Positions 25,136 through 37,485 of a stretch of DNA of 64,000 nucleotides are shown here, one piece after another (the first letter of the stretch is position 1; each line of letters starts with the position of its first letter). This DNA comes from Octopus vulgaris (Eukaryota), in NCBI GenBank assembly GCA_951406725.2, contig OX597814.1:91016001-91080000 (forward strand), given 5' to 3'. The notes beneath the pieces are model-generated. The model was not told the DNA's origin and ran no database searches. It worked only from the letters and a program-made list of their open reading frames with translations. Made by a program: the position numbers and the translations under genes.

Positions 25136-25481
25136 ATTATTTACATTATTTACATAATTTATATTCGACGGCTATTTGTCTTCATCTTGTTTGTTGTTAA
25201 CACAATGTTTCGGCTGATATACGCTCCAGCCTTCTTCAGATGTCTTCGGCAAATTTCGAACCTGGGTTCTCATTCCTAAGGTATTTTTCGATGATGTTGT
25301 TGTTGTTGTTGTTGTTATTATTATTATTATTATTATCATTATTATTATTATTATTATCATTATTATTATTATTATTATTATTGTTTTTTTTTTGCTGTTA
25401 TTGTTCAGGTCACTGCTTGGAATAGAACTCGGAATCTTAGGGTTAGTAGCCCGCACTCTTAACCAATGCGCCATATGCCCG
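25136..25481 (-). mobile_element. Intact copy of SINE family B: tRNA-like head, internal (AAT/AAC)n, hammerhead-bearing tail
   Basis: Minus strand: gggcatatggcgcattggttaagagtgcgggctactaaccctaagattccgagttctattccaagcagtgacctg, then the microsatellite, then catcgaaaaataccttagg...ctgaagaaggctggagcgtatatcagccgaaacattgtgtt...(tgtaaataa)n. Confidence 0.88.
25199..25244 (-). ncRNA. Minimal hammerhead motif, second copy
   Basis: GACAT-CTGAAGA-a-GGCTG...CAGCC-GAAA-CATT-GTGTT on the minus strand. Confidence 0.6.
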
Positions 25482-25582
25482 TAGGAGGAGATAGATAACA
25501 ACTCCGCAAACAAACACACCTACACACAGAATTTCCCACATATGTAGTAAAGTGCGTGTATCTATACATGCACGTATACACG

Positions 25583-25613
<31 letters not shown>

Positions 25614-25650
25614 GTGTATGTATATGTGTATACAGGTGTACACACACACT

Positions 25651-25681
<31 letters not shown>

Positions 25682-26066
25682 TCTAAATATACGCAGTCTT
25701 CTAGTCTTAGATTTTTGTTGATAAGGAGATAGTTAAATTGGAAATCAATTACAAACCTATGAACTCCACCGTAAAAATGTCCTCCCGCTATAAAAATTGT
25801 AGTCTTGTTCTTCTTTTAGCTGTTCTTGCTACCATAGTGACAACATGTAATTCTTCCATCCTATTGCTTTGTTAGAATATTTAAGATAAGATTACATGAA
25901 TATAACTTGGCTGTTGAAAATCAATATTTGTGCAGCAGAAGATGGCGCGTTATTTAAATTGATGTTATTTAAATGACTGCATTGTTCAGTTAAATAGAGT
26001 GGCTTGAAACGGTTGTACTGCATTACTATTTGAAATCCTCTTACTTATGTTTGTTATATATATATA

Positions 26067-26291
26067 GGCGAGCTGGCAGAATCGTTAGCACGCCGGGCGA
26101 AATGCGTAGCCGTATTTCGTATGTCGTTACGTTCTGAGTTCAAATCCCTCCGACGTCGACTTTGCCTTTCATCCTCTCGGGGTCGATAAATAAAGTACCA
26201 GTTTCGCACTGGGTCGATGTAATCGACTTAATCCCATTTCTGTCCTTGTTTGTCCCCTCTATGTTTAGCCCCTTGTGGGTAGTACAGAAAT
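26067..26291 (+). mobile_element. SINE family A (tRNA-derived, Meta-domain-like core), well preserved
   Basis: A box TGGCAGAATCG, B box GAGTTCAAATCC, core GTCGACTTTGCCTTTCATCCTCTCGGGGTCGATAAATAAAGTACCAG; ends in (TA)n. Confidence 0.88.
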
Positions 26292-26331
26292 ATATATATA
26301 TATATATATATACATACATATATACATATAC

Positions 26332-26418
<87 letters not shown>

Positions 26419-26568
26419 CATATACATACATACATATATACAATATATACTGAACTCCACAGAAGTTCCCGCCGCTAAAGGTCATATTTTACATACCGAA
26501 ATCATGGGTAAATAATTGTTGGTTCTCTGAAGAAGCATCGAAAAAAGTATTTACATTATTATATTACA

Positions 26569-26950
26569 CTAGCAGTATCGCCCGGCGTTGCTCAGGTTTG
26601 TAAGGGAAATAACTATAAAGCATTTTTAGAGAGTTATAGCAAAAAAATAGCAAAAAAAATGGTAAAAAAATGATGGTAAATTTTTTTGAGAGTTAGAAAA
26701 GGTGGAGCTGCGTCCCCTAGACGGTCTGTGGTTTGGGTTTCTGATTCTCGACCCCATGTCGAATTTATCGATTTTTTCAGAACTGGGGAACTTTTCAAAA
26801 TTTTCGCTGCGTTAGTTTTGAATTATAACATTGGGCTATGTGTGTGTCAAGTTTCATCAGAATCGGTTGAAAGCCGTGGTCAGAGTGAGGGTACGAGAAA
26901 ACAGACACACAGAAAACGCACAGACAAACTGCCGTTTATATAGAGAGAGA
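26569..26950 (-). mobile_element. Non-autonomous Helitron
   Basis: Minus strand begins TC(TCTCTCTATATAAA), ends with a subterminal hairpin (cctgagcaacgccggg) and CTAG, and sits between A and T. Confidence 0.8.
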
Positions 26951-26951
26951 T

Positions 26952-27072
<121 letters not shown>

Positions 27073-27249
27073 GTGAGAAAGTTGGTGTGTGAAAGTACGT
27101 GGTTGGATATATAGAAAATAGAAAAGAGTGAAAAAAATACAGAAGGCTTGTTTTATAAGGTTAAAGAATATATTTAAGTCGTTATGTTAGAAGAATGTTA
27201 TAAAAGTTTTCATATAGTAACATAGTTTTTGAATTCGTATTCCTATGTG

Positions 27250-27546
27250 AAAGCACATGGCTCAGTGGTTAGAGCGTTAAGCTTCCGATTGTGAGGCTGT
27301 GTGTTGTGTTCTTGAGCAAGACACTTTATTTTACGTTGCTACACTTCACTCAGCTGTAGAAATGATTTGCGACGTCACAGGTGCCAAGCTGTATCGGCCT
27401 GTGCCTTTCGCTTGGATAACACTGGTGGCGTGGAGAGGGGAGGCCGGTATGCATGGACTTCCATAAACAACCTTGCCCGGACTTGTACTTGGTAAGTTAA
27501 CATTCTAGGTGCAATCCTACGGTCAGTCATGACCGAAGGGGGTCTC
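27250..27546 (+). mobile_element. tRNA-derived SINE, family C (CORE/V-like central domain)
   Basis: ATGGCTCAGTGGTTAGAGCG A box, then GTGTTCTTGAGCAAGACACTT...CACTCAGCTGTAGAAATGA. Confidence 0.7.
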
Positions 27547-27624
27547 AGCGTATTCATATATTTCTATATGTGTATCTATATTGTGTGTAGATGTGTTTAT
27601 TTTTGAATGTATATGCACAGACAT

Positions 27625-27691
<67 letters not shown>

Positions 27692-27721
27692 GTGTGTGTG
27701 TGTGTGTATGTGTGTGTGTGC

Positions 27722-28080
27722 GAGTGGCACAATGGCCCAGTGGTTAGAGCAGCGGACTCGCGGTCATGGGTCCCAGTTTTGATTCCCAGACCGGGCGTTG
27801 TGCGTGTTAAATGAGCGAAAATCCCTAAAGCTCTACTATGCTCCTGCGCGGGGTTGTGGTGAACCCTTTTGTACTCTATCACCACAACTTTCTCTCACTC
27901 TTTCTTCCTTCAAAGGGTCAGCTTTATCACGCTCTGTGTCACGCTGAATCCTCCCGAAAACTACGTTAAGCGTGCACGTGTCTGTGGAGTGCTCAGTCAG
28001 TTGGACGTTAATTTCACGAGCAGGCTATTCCATTGACCAGATCAACTGGAACCCTCTTCGTCGTAACCGACGGAATGCCA

Positions 28081-28081
<1 letters not shown>
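27722..28081 (+). mobile_element. tRNA-derived SINE, family D
   Basis: TGGCCCAGTGGTTAGAGCAGCGGACTCGCGG head and a B-box-like GTTTTGATTCC; a fragment of the same body recurs at ~31820-31945. Confidence 0.75.
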
Positions 28082-28119
<38 letters not shown>

Positions 28120-28169
28120 TAATGAAATAGCCTGCTCGCTGCTCGTGATCAATGGAATAGCCTGCTAGT

Positions 28170-28211
<42 letters not shown>

Positions 28212-28215
<4 letters not shown>

Positions 28216-28420
28216 TTAATCCAAACAAGAAAACACAGAAAAAAACACACCAACGCGAGGACGTGGAACAATTAAAGTATTATTTGACGCTCAGGAAAGA
28301 AGGGAAGGAGGGTTTAACGTTTCGAGCGGAGCTCTTCGTCGGAAACAAAGGAGAAGGAAAGATCCCGAGAAGGGAAGACAGAGGAAAATTTTTTTTTTGC
28401 TGGTGGTGCTCAAGAGATCA
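28212..28420 (-). mobile_element. Penelope pLTR-like short repeat carrying a variant hammerhead, embedded in (TA)n
   Basis: Minus strand 28312-28346: GTTT-CCGACGA-a-GAGC-tcc-GCTC-GAAACGTT-AAAC. Confidence 0.55.
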
Positions 28421-28467
28421 CATGTATATATGATTAATGTATATATGTTTAATGAAATAGCCTGCTC

Positions 28468-28520
<53 letters not shown>

Positions 28521-29019
28521 TATAAATATGTATATATACATATGTATATATATACATATCAATAAATGCATACATATATATTCATGTGCATTCTTTAGTA
28601 TATTAGTTGCTTATGTGCATAAGATTTTATGTGACGTGAAGCCATTTTCAAAATTACTTTACAATATTTTCTCTTAGTTTAATCTTTAAATATTTTTTAT
28701 CACTCCAATATCAAATTTAAAGAAATATTACACTGTGCCCTTGAAGTGAGCCACCACATGAACAATATCAACTCTGTAGTAATTCTTGGAATTTAGTTGC
28801 TCTGGGGATGTGTATATCCTTTTATATTTTCAACAACGTTTCATTAACTTCATGAATTACAGTATCTCTCTTGTTAAGGATATCGATTGTGTTTGTAAAT
28901 TGCCCGTTTGTTCTGGGTTCTTTTTGTGATTGCAAGGATTTTCAGTATAATCTAAACGCCAACACCCTTAGTAATTGTGTGTAAATTCCTGTTGTACCGT
29001 ATTTAGGTTTTATTCTAAA

Positions 29020-29411
29020 CTAGCAGTATCGTCCGGCGTTTCTCAGGTTTGTTTCGACCCTTTAGAATTGGAATTTTTGATAAGTAAAAATTGTGCAATA
29101 TGCAGCTTGTTATTCTCTTTAAGTGAACATTTTTTTAGATGAAATACACCGAAAAATGGCGACACAGCAGTCAAAAAATCGTAAAAAAATTGGGATTTTC
29201 ATAGAAAAAAAGCACCTTTTTGATATGAATAATTTTTGGTGTTAACATGGTCCGATTTAAATTTTTCTTCTACAAAAAGGAGAACAAGCCTTCTTCAATC
29301 ATACTCTCAATTTTGGTCAACTTCCGCTGCAGGTTCTCGGAGGAGATAGTGTTAGTTGAAGGCTACCAAGCCTGCCATACACAGACAACTTCAGCTTTAT
29401 ATATAGAGAGA
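29020..29411 (-). mobile_element. Non-autonomous Helitron (same termini as 26569, different interior)
   Basis: Plus strand reads a|CTAGcagtatcgtccggcgtttctcaggttt ... tttatatatagagaga|t. Confidence 0.8.
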
Positions 29412-29829
29412 TTATCCTCTTGATAACTGAGTATAATATGTTAATAAGGTCACGGAACGATATGCCAGTTTGCTTAGGAACGAAGAGCGATCTAAAGTTT
29501 CAGAATCAATCTTTCATTTACAGAAGGGTGTCTCTGCATGAAATTTCAGGTCGCTAATTGCTAACAGCAATGTTTTAAACATGATCTACGTACAGTGCAT
29601 ACTATTATTCTTCTTTCCTGATATTTCTTCTTATTTTCGTTTACTCCTGCGCGATGTGATCCCGTATTACATGGATGTTTGTATTAATTTAATATGACCA
29701 ATGTCTTATTCTCTTTCTATATTTTTCTAATTTTCTCCCTCTATCGAATTTGGATGGTATATTTGCCTCCTCATACAAATGCTTATATTTTTTCATTATT
29801 GACGCTTCAGTTTCAAGGCTCATACGCTG

Positions 29830-29855
29830 TATTATTATTATTGTTGTTGTTGTTG

Positions 29856-29911
<56 letters not shown>

Positions 29912-29934
29912 ATTATTATTATTATTATTATTAA

Positions 29935-29964
<30 letters not shown>
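29830..29964. repeat. (ATT)n/(GTT)n microsatellite
   Basis: Seen directly; source of the poly-L/I/N ORFs. Confidence 0.95.
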
Positions 29965-29965
<1 letters not shown>

Positions 29966-30261
29966 CCATTTTAGTGCTTCAGAGATTCTTAATTTCAGTG
30001 TATTACGAATTATATATTCAGCTTTTACTGAAGCCTGAGCAGCTGTGTTCTTTATGCATTGTTGCTTCACTTATGTATTTATTTGCTTTTATCAATTTAT
30101 TCCAACCTCTATTTTTTTTGCTTTGTTTTACAATAAATCCTCATATATGGTAATATAATCGTTTTTTACTAGCTTAACCCGCGAAAATTTCACGGAAAAT
30201 GTAAAAAAATTAAGCATCTATAAATAGTGTATTGGCGCCAAACGCATGTTCGCATATTGTG

Positions 30262-30410
30262 ACCGTCTGCCTTTATGTTCTGAGTTCAAATTCTGCCGAG
30301 GTCGACTTTAGCTTTCGTTCCTTCGGGGTCGATAAATTTAGTACTTGTTGTATACTGGGGTACATCTAATCAACTCTCCTCCCTACAAAAGTTCCAGGCC
30401 TAGAAAAGTA
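30262..30410 (+). mobile_element. SINE family A, 5'-truncated
   Basis: GTTCTGAGTTCAAATTCTGCCGAGGTCGACTTT...CTTCGGGGTCGATAAA. Confidence 0.75.
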
Positions 30411-30579
30411 TATTGTGACAGTTACAGAATATAGAAAGTAATGTAACACCAATGACTATATATAATCCAACCAAAATATATCAGTTACACAAACGTAAAC
30501 ATAATTACTATTTAACCTTAAAATAGATCGTACATATCCAAAGAACCTTCTTTGGATATGGAACATTCTTCTGGTATTC

Positions 30580-30795
30580 TTTTATTCTTTTACTTGTTTC
30601 AGTTATTTGACAGTAGCCATGCTGGAGCACCACCCTTTAGTCGAAGAAATTTTCCCCTGGACTTATTCCCTGTAAGCCTAGTACTCATTCTATCAGTGTA
30701 TTCTGCTGAACAGCTAAATTGCGGGGACGCAAACGTACCATCATCAGTTGTCAAGTAATGGTGGTGGTGTTGGGACAAAGCCAGACACACAGACA
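30580..30795 (-). mobile_element. CORE-like SINE family E, 3' half
   Basis: cttttacttgtttcagttatttgacagtagccatgctggagcacc...tgtaagcctagtactcattctatc matches 45978-46150 and the reverse complement of 32700-32890. Confidence 0.78.
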
Positions 30796-30841
30796 CAGAC
30801 AAACAGACTCACACACACACACATACACACACACACACACG

Positions 30842-30873
<32 letters not shown>

Positions 30874-31048
30874 ATGGGCTTGGAGGTAGTGGTGATGCTG
30901 GCTTGTGCGATTTTGTGGTTTGCTAGTATGCCGTGAAAGATCCAGCGGCAGACCCCTAACTGGTTCCCTGATCTTAATGGTATAACGCTGATGTGTAATG
31001 ATGGAGTGGCTGCTGGGGTGGGGATGCTAGCTGATGCGGTGGTCTTCC

Positions 31049-31620
31049 TCACAGTACTTTATGGTAAACAATATTTTGTGCGTACGTCACACCACGTTTT
31101 GGCCTTGACTGTTATCCCTATTGAGTGTCATAACTCTTACTTTGATATTGTTCATAGCTCGTACTCTTGAAAATGCCATGAGAAATACCGGTTGAGGCAA
31201 ATATATTCCAAATTTTTCAAATTGATTATGTATTAATTGTCATTGAATATGTAAGTCGAAGTAGAAACTGAAGTCTGTTTAGTGTGAAGGGAATATTCGC
31301 ATTACTTGGGATAAATTTAATTCTGGAATTAAACTGTACGACCTCTGTTGGAGCCTGTTACCAATGATGCCTCTACACAATGTTCAGGAATTCTTTGCAC
31401 TTTCATGCGAGTTTCTTAGCAGCATTACAATAGGCCCTACTTTTAAGTTGAGGCGATGAGGATGCATATCGGATAGACTGAGTGAGTTTATGAATTCAAA
31501 TGGATAGTTAAGAACCTCCTCTTCATTATTGCTGGACAATGAATCTGTGTTTAAGTACGTTTTAAGTGCCTCTGGCACTTAACAACATTTTCATTTATTG
31601 CAAGACAGTCAGAATTTCTA
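31049..31620 (-). pseudogene. Helitron RepHel PIF1-like helicase C-terminal remnant
   Basis: YPFEFINSLSLSDMHPHRLNLKVGPIVMLLRN, NIPFTLNRLQF, YSMTIN, GIYLPQPVFSHG, and the terminal TQNIVYHKVL*. Confidence 0.85.
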
Positions 31621-32624
31621 GGAGATAAAATTACTCGCGTTTCCATTTTTTCTGGCATGCACTCGTTGAAAAGTTCTGGGTACAAATGTACAAATAGAAA
31701 TGCAAAAGAACGAAATAATAAATGAATTTATGAATGAAAGTTTGGTAACTGAGCATACAAATAAATACAGACAAACACACACACACACAAAATAGGCACA
31801 TACACACATATACATATATATGTCTCGAGTTGTAGCTGTAATTCAAATGGGCCAGCCTTCTCATATTCTGTGTGAGGCTGAATCTCCTTGAGAACTATGA
31901 TAGTGTTATGCATGTCTGTGGAGTACTCAGCCTCTTGCGAGTTAAGTTTATCCTCGTGTGATAATGAAAAGTGAAATTGATAGCAAATATTTGCTATGAT
32001 TAGCTACAAATCTTCTTTGCCTATGATTAACTTCTGGTTTTATTTTAAGAGATTTCTTTCATATGGGATATATTGCTGATTATCTGAAAAGAACTTTTAA
32101 TAACAAAGCTATAAACGACGGTTTGAAATACCTATATTATTGCAATAGTTTAATGAAGCTTGCCGGGGAAGGGATTTTACCTGACACTGTGCGTTGAAAC
32201 GAAAACAATTAGACACCCAGAAACATAGCAATTTAGAAACGCAGACGCTGTTAATTTTAATTAAACAATTATTATTTGGTGTCAAGATTTTAGACGCCAA
32301 TATAATACCTTCAGTGACATCTTGTAAGGAACTAGGTTGTAGATGGTGTGGCAAGTATTTTGGCAACAAATGGTGTTATGTTTACACGAAGCCCTGCTGT
32401 GATTTTCTGAGTGTCTTCCACGTCGTAATCGTCGAATGAAATTGTTTTTAGAAAAAGCAGCAATGTAAAATTTTAAAACTGAACTTTCATTTTTCACTAT
32501 GACTATAAATTCAGCTAAAAATCTTGCCTGATTCGAAGAACTAGCTGCTGTAAAATTTAGTTCGTTCGTCTTTAGTTTTACTTGTACCCACTCAAATATA
32601 TTTGACTTCATTAAAATTGATTCC

Positions 32625-32893
32625 TTGGGCATGTGTTTTCTAATATAGCCCCAAGTCGACTAAAGCCCTGTGAGTGGATTTAGTAAATGGAAACAAAAAA
32701 GCACCCCACTATCGCTTGACAGCCGATGTTGGTGTATTGACGTTCCCGTAACTTAACGGATTGACAAAATAGATCGATATAATAAGTTACTAGGCTTACA
32801 AAGAATAAATCCTGGGGTCAATTTGCTCGACTAAAGGCGGTGCTCCAACCTGACCGCAGTTAAATGACTGAAACAAGTAAAAAGAAATAAATA

Positions 32894-32895
<2 letters not shown>
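32625..32895 (+). mobile_element. CORE-like SINE family E
   Basis: CCTTGGGCATGTGTTTTCTAATATAGCC...TGTGAGTGGATTT...GGCGGTGCTCCAACCTGACCGCAGTTAAATGACTGAAACAAGTAAAA. Confidence 0.8.
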
Positions 32896-32987
<92 letters not shown>

Positions 32988-34084
32988 ATATATACATATT
33001 GATTATGTACAAGGTATTTTACATCCGTCGAGATCGATGTTTCTTTTATTCTTTTCAAGGTTGAAAAATAAGTACCAGTTGTGTATAATGAACGACGTGG
33101 TCGACTAGCCCCTTCCTCCAGTGTTTATATGACACCAAGCAATATGATTTTGCCAACATTATTACTTCGTGCCGTATGTATTTATCTGAAATCTAGCAAT
33201 ATGATTTTGCCATCATATTGCTTGGTTTAACATTTTATTGTGTGGATTTGATACTGTACATAAGTAGTCGTTTTATACCGCCAAACGGTAGTTGAAATTA
33301 TTGATCGATTAATGGTAATGTCATGGAGACAAATTTGGATTACCATTTTGGATGTTATTTGCAATGCCAATCTACATGCAATTAATTTCATTATAACACC
33401 TCATTACTACAGAAAATATTCATGATTATAACATTACGCCTCAGAGAAATTTTCGATTTGAATATAGAAAATTATTGCCGTAAGATTACACAGAGAAAGT
33501 AAGTTATCCGCTTAACAATTCCAATAATACAATAAATTATACTTTACCAGAATAGTGCTGTAACTACTGAGGTAATTTGTTGTGAATCTTCATCCAATTA
33601 AATGCACTGTTGTTTGACGCAATACACAACATTATTTAAATCAGGATGATTATTTACATTGGTGAGATTTTATAAATCTAGAATAAAAACGTTACACACG
33701 TCTAAGATTTCCTGAAAATATTTTATAATAATTATTTGATAGAAGAAATGGAAATAAATGTTCATCTGAAGTTTTCCATTATACTTTAATGACAGAACTC
33801 TGTATGTATAATTGCATGAATCTTTTTAGAGTTTAGAAGCATTTCAAATGCACACAGACTTATTGCAACCTCATTCTAAAAAGTGCAACACAAATTTCAG
33901 GAGTTAATAACTTGAAATACGCACTACCACAAGATTTCTCAAATCTATGAGTAAATTATAACCACATAATCGTCCGCCATATGTTAAGACAATAGCTAAA
34001 TTAACTTTTTAATTGATACAAACCTTTAGTTTTTTCATATCATCTTTCATATAGGAGTTTTCTTTATAAATATATATACTCTTA

Positions 34085-34261
34085 CTCTCTCTTTTACTCT
34101 TTTACTTGTTTCAGTTTCCGTCCACCAAATCCACTCACAAGGCTTTAGTCGGCCCGAGGCTATAGTAGAAGACACTTGCCCGAGTTGCCAGGCAGTAGGA
34201 CTGAACCCGTAACCATGTGGTTCGTAAGCAAGCTTCTTACCACACAGCCGCTCCTGCGCCT
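34085..34261 (-). mobile_element. SINE family E with its middle deleted
   Basis: The tRNA head and CORE (minus strand ggcgcaggagcggctgtgtggtaag...ctcgggcaagtgtcttctactatagcc) are fused directly to the tail at tttcagt. Confidence 0.8.
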
Positions 34262-35815
34262 ATTTCATAATTTTTATGAGCAAATTGCCATTAGTTAAAT
34301 ATGCACTTTTCTAAGATATTTATACACTTAAAGCAAGTTGCCTATGACCTCTAAATGCTACCTAACCGCTTTTAAAGTGTTAGTTCAGTAATTTAAATAA
34401 AAAGGAAAATGCATTTATTTACTATTAGCTTACATCTACTTGAAACCTTTCTTCTCAAATTCTTACATATTTCGGTTAAGTATCTTATGTAGTCACTACA
34501 AATGCATTTATCAACTGCATAAATTCTATCAACTATTTTTAAAATTATGCTTTTTTATTTCGTGCCAGTAGGTGTGTGCTTCACTTTTTCTAGCCCCCCA
34601 ATCCCCCCCTATCAGTCAGTTTCTTACTACACGTCTGTGTATTTGATCATAAAGATCCAAGTGCAATGTTGTATTTCACTTTGGTTTATATGAATGTGCA
34701 ACACACAGTTTAGAGCAATTATCAACCGCATTTTACAAGGGACTTTTAAAAAATGGCCTTAAACCATCGAACTCCATTATGAAAATAAATGTTCTTTAAT
34801 TAATTTCGACAGTCTTCTTATAGTAAATCATATAGGTATTTTGACACAACTCTTTATCTGAATCACACACATAGTAAAACACAAACTCTCATTTTGAATT
34901 ATTTTACATAATGCTTTCATTTAAAAAGATTTTTCGAAAGCGATAGCGATTTTCCCATCCTACGTTACTTAACATAACTGGCATTTTGAGAGCATGTTTT
35001 GCTCATTAGATATACAGTAATTGTTAAGTTCGTACTCCTGAAAAATATGCCGCTTAACCTTTCTGAAAGAAATGTATGAAATGGTCATTAATTGACGATC
35101 AGCATATTCATTAGATGACATGACACTCGAAGAACAAAACGTCACTATATAGTTCTGGCTTAAATGATTGTCTCATGCTGGCAACAAATTGATTTCTGTT
35201 GACAAAATTGGATATAAATGCATTCAGCTCAACATCATCTTTCATAAATCAATATATCGATTTCATTTTAAATTAGGATGGACTTGATGGATGAATCATT
35301 ATTTGTGGGACTTAACTGATGTTCAAATATAATTAGCTACGAAAGCTTGTACGTTCTTCATCCAAATGTAACCAACAGCATATGTAAACCGATTGATGCA
35401 AGAGTAATTAATACAGTTCACTCTAGCTCGTTTTCAGTAGATACAAAATTCGAATTGCTTATATATAATGCTTGGATAAAATTCAGAATGACAGACAGAA
35501 TCATGCCCACATTATTTTAACACGGTAAAGAACGATTTTGTGAGGTAATATATTTCTTGCCAGACTAAATGCAAAACAACGCACCTGCAGATGAAAATGA
35601 GGATATTATACAACCGAAGACTTTAATAAAAAATATATTGGGATAAGACAGTCATTTGTGTAACAAACAAAATTATCCATAGATATCACAACTAGTCGGA
35701 CAAAATTATTTAACAGCAAGGAATTGCAACAAGCAAAAGTGCTAGTTGTAAAATGTCCTTCAGAGATCAACGCAGCAGTTGTACTGACAAGTAATATTAG
35801 TAGCCACGTTAATAT

Positions 35816-36092
35816 GGCTGTACGTTCGAACGTACTCTACTTCAATTTTTTAACCCCAAAGAAACATCTCCTGTAGCTGGTACCGTCTGCTAGACGAGGT
35901 GCCCACAATTGAGGAGTAGCAGAAATAGCCCCAAACCAGAACTGGTCTGCTGGTCCCGTCGCTAGAAAGTGGTAGGTGTTTGCTCCCCTGCTCGCAATAC
36001 ATCGGATGCACCTGTGCATTGTTATCCAGTTTAAAGAGATGTCCTTTTGAGGTAAAAACAAATCGCAGTAGAGTCCGTTCGAATGAACCACC
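35816..36092. mobile_element. MITE with ~50-bp imperfect TIRs
   Basis: Left ttcgaacgtactctacttcaattttttaaccccaaagaaacatctc; reverse complement of the right end ttcgaacggactctactgcgatttgtttttacctcaaaaggacatctc. Confidence 0.75.
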
Positions 36093-36964
36093 AGTAGATA
36101 TTTATATTAATTTTTTTTAGAACGGAATGGGTGTTTGGTATAAAATTCCATTATTAATTTACAAGATCATTTTTTAAAGTTAATTACACATAGATGTTCA
36201 GACTAAATTTATGAGCAACTGTTTTTAATTAAGCACTGTAGAGCTGATTCAACGCAGCGTCGTTCTTAAAGTGCACATTAATAAACATGTTCGTGTGCGA
36301 ATACGATAAAATTTACGTAAAAGTATTTATAAAATAAAATCCACTGAAATCGGCTTTGTATTAGGTTGTTTGTAATTATATATAGGTATTAGTGTTTGAA
36401 ATAGATATCATATACACATGTAGACAATTCAATTATTTCTAGTCCTGCCAAACCTCACAAAAAACAAAGTCACGAGAATTCGAATCTGGAGCTAGAAAAA
36501 GTAGTCAGATACCCTTACATTTCCTAGCAGAGTCGGTTTTATTATCAGCGCAATTATGATTTCATGTCAGTAATGAACATACTACAGTCCTTAAGGTTGT
36601 TTATTAATACTCTTTTTTCGTGATAGGAAAGAAAAATTGTATACTTTTCACATCAGCGTGTCCTTGATGAAACCAGGGTCACTTTGTGGAACAAGAAATT
36701 CAGAAGGAGTGGTGAGAGCCACATTTTATATCTTTTCTGTGTGTGTATGTGACTTCTAGGGTCTCGGGCATTCTCCATCCAATTGCGCTCAAATGTGATA
36801 TGTAGATACCGACGGTATCAGTGCGTGTATAAGTCTTGAAAAAAATACAAAAATCGATTCCAGGTGAGAATGCGATCGATAAAGCCATGGGAAGTCGTTT
36901 TTTGGAATAGAAAAAAGTCTATCTTTGATTCTTCTTTTGCTGGTGTCTCAAATTTAGGTTAAAT

Positions 36965-37485
36965 CAGTGTTTCTCAAGAGGCAGGCCTATGGGACGGTCG
37001 GGCAAGTTGTTTTGAGAAAATATGGTTTAAATGTTTTACATCTCAGCACCGTCCATTGGACGGAGGTCGTTTTGTTCGTCTTTCCATAATTTCTCTTCCA
37101 GCCGTTTTTGAAAATACTCTTATACGTTGCAGCACCAGATTTTGTTTTGTAGAAGACATTATTTTCTCAGCCATTATTTTCTTCACCGCTGCTTGGAAGT
37201 TGTATTAAAATAGTCTTTTGGTTTATTTTCGCAATTTCTGGCCTATATATCGTGTAGTAGATTGGAAGCCTAAATCTGCTATCCTGCGCCTAATGGCAGT
37301 CCACCGCAATTGCAGGCCGCACACGTAGAAAATATTTCCCAACTGTATAATGATGCGAGCTGCAGATGCCGCTGCCGCGTGAAGGGTGGTATACGGGTAG
37401 ACTAAAAACGCACCTCGAGACTATGAAAAGTATTTAAACTATTTAACTTGTTTTTTAAACTTTGGAAAAAGCTTGAGAAATTGCT
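36965..37485. mobile_element. Possible hAT/Charlie-like MITE
   Basis: Left end CAGTGTTTCTCAA is a hAT-Charlie-type TIR; the right end TTGAGAAAttgct is degenerate; GC-richer interior. Confidence 0.4.

Noticed and set aside
31960-32620. ORFs including CKELGCRWCGKYFG and MVWQVF
   Set aside because: No coherent domain in any frame; the resemblance to zinc-finger or Tc1 motifs is too weak.
35460-35780. Possible Ginger/integrase zinc-binding remnant (NDFVR*YISCQTKC)
   Set aside because: One short stop-containing motif is not enough to support a call.
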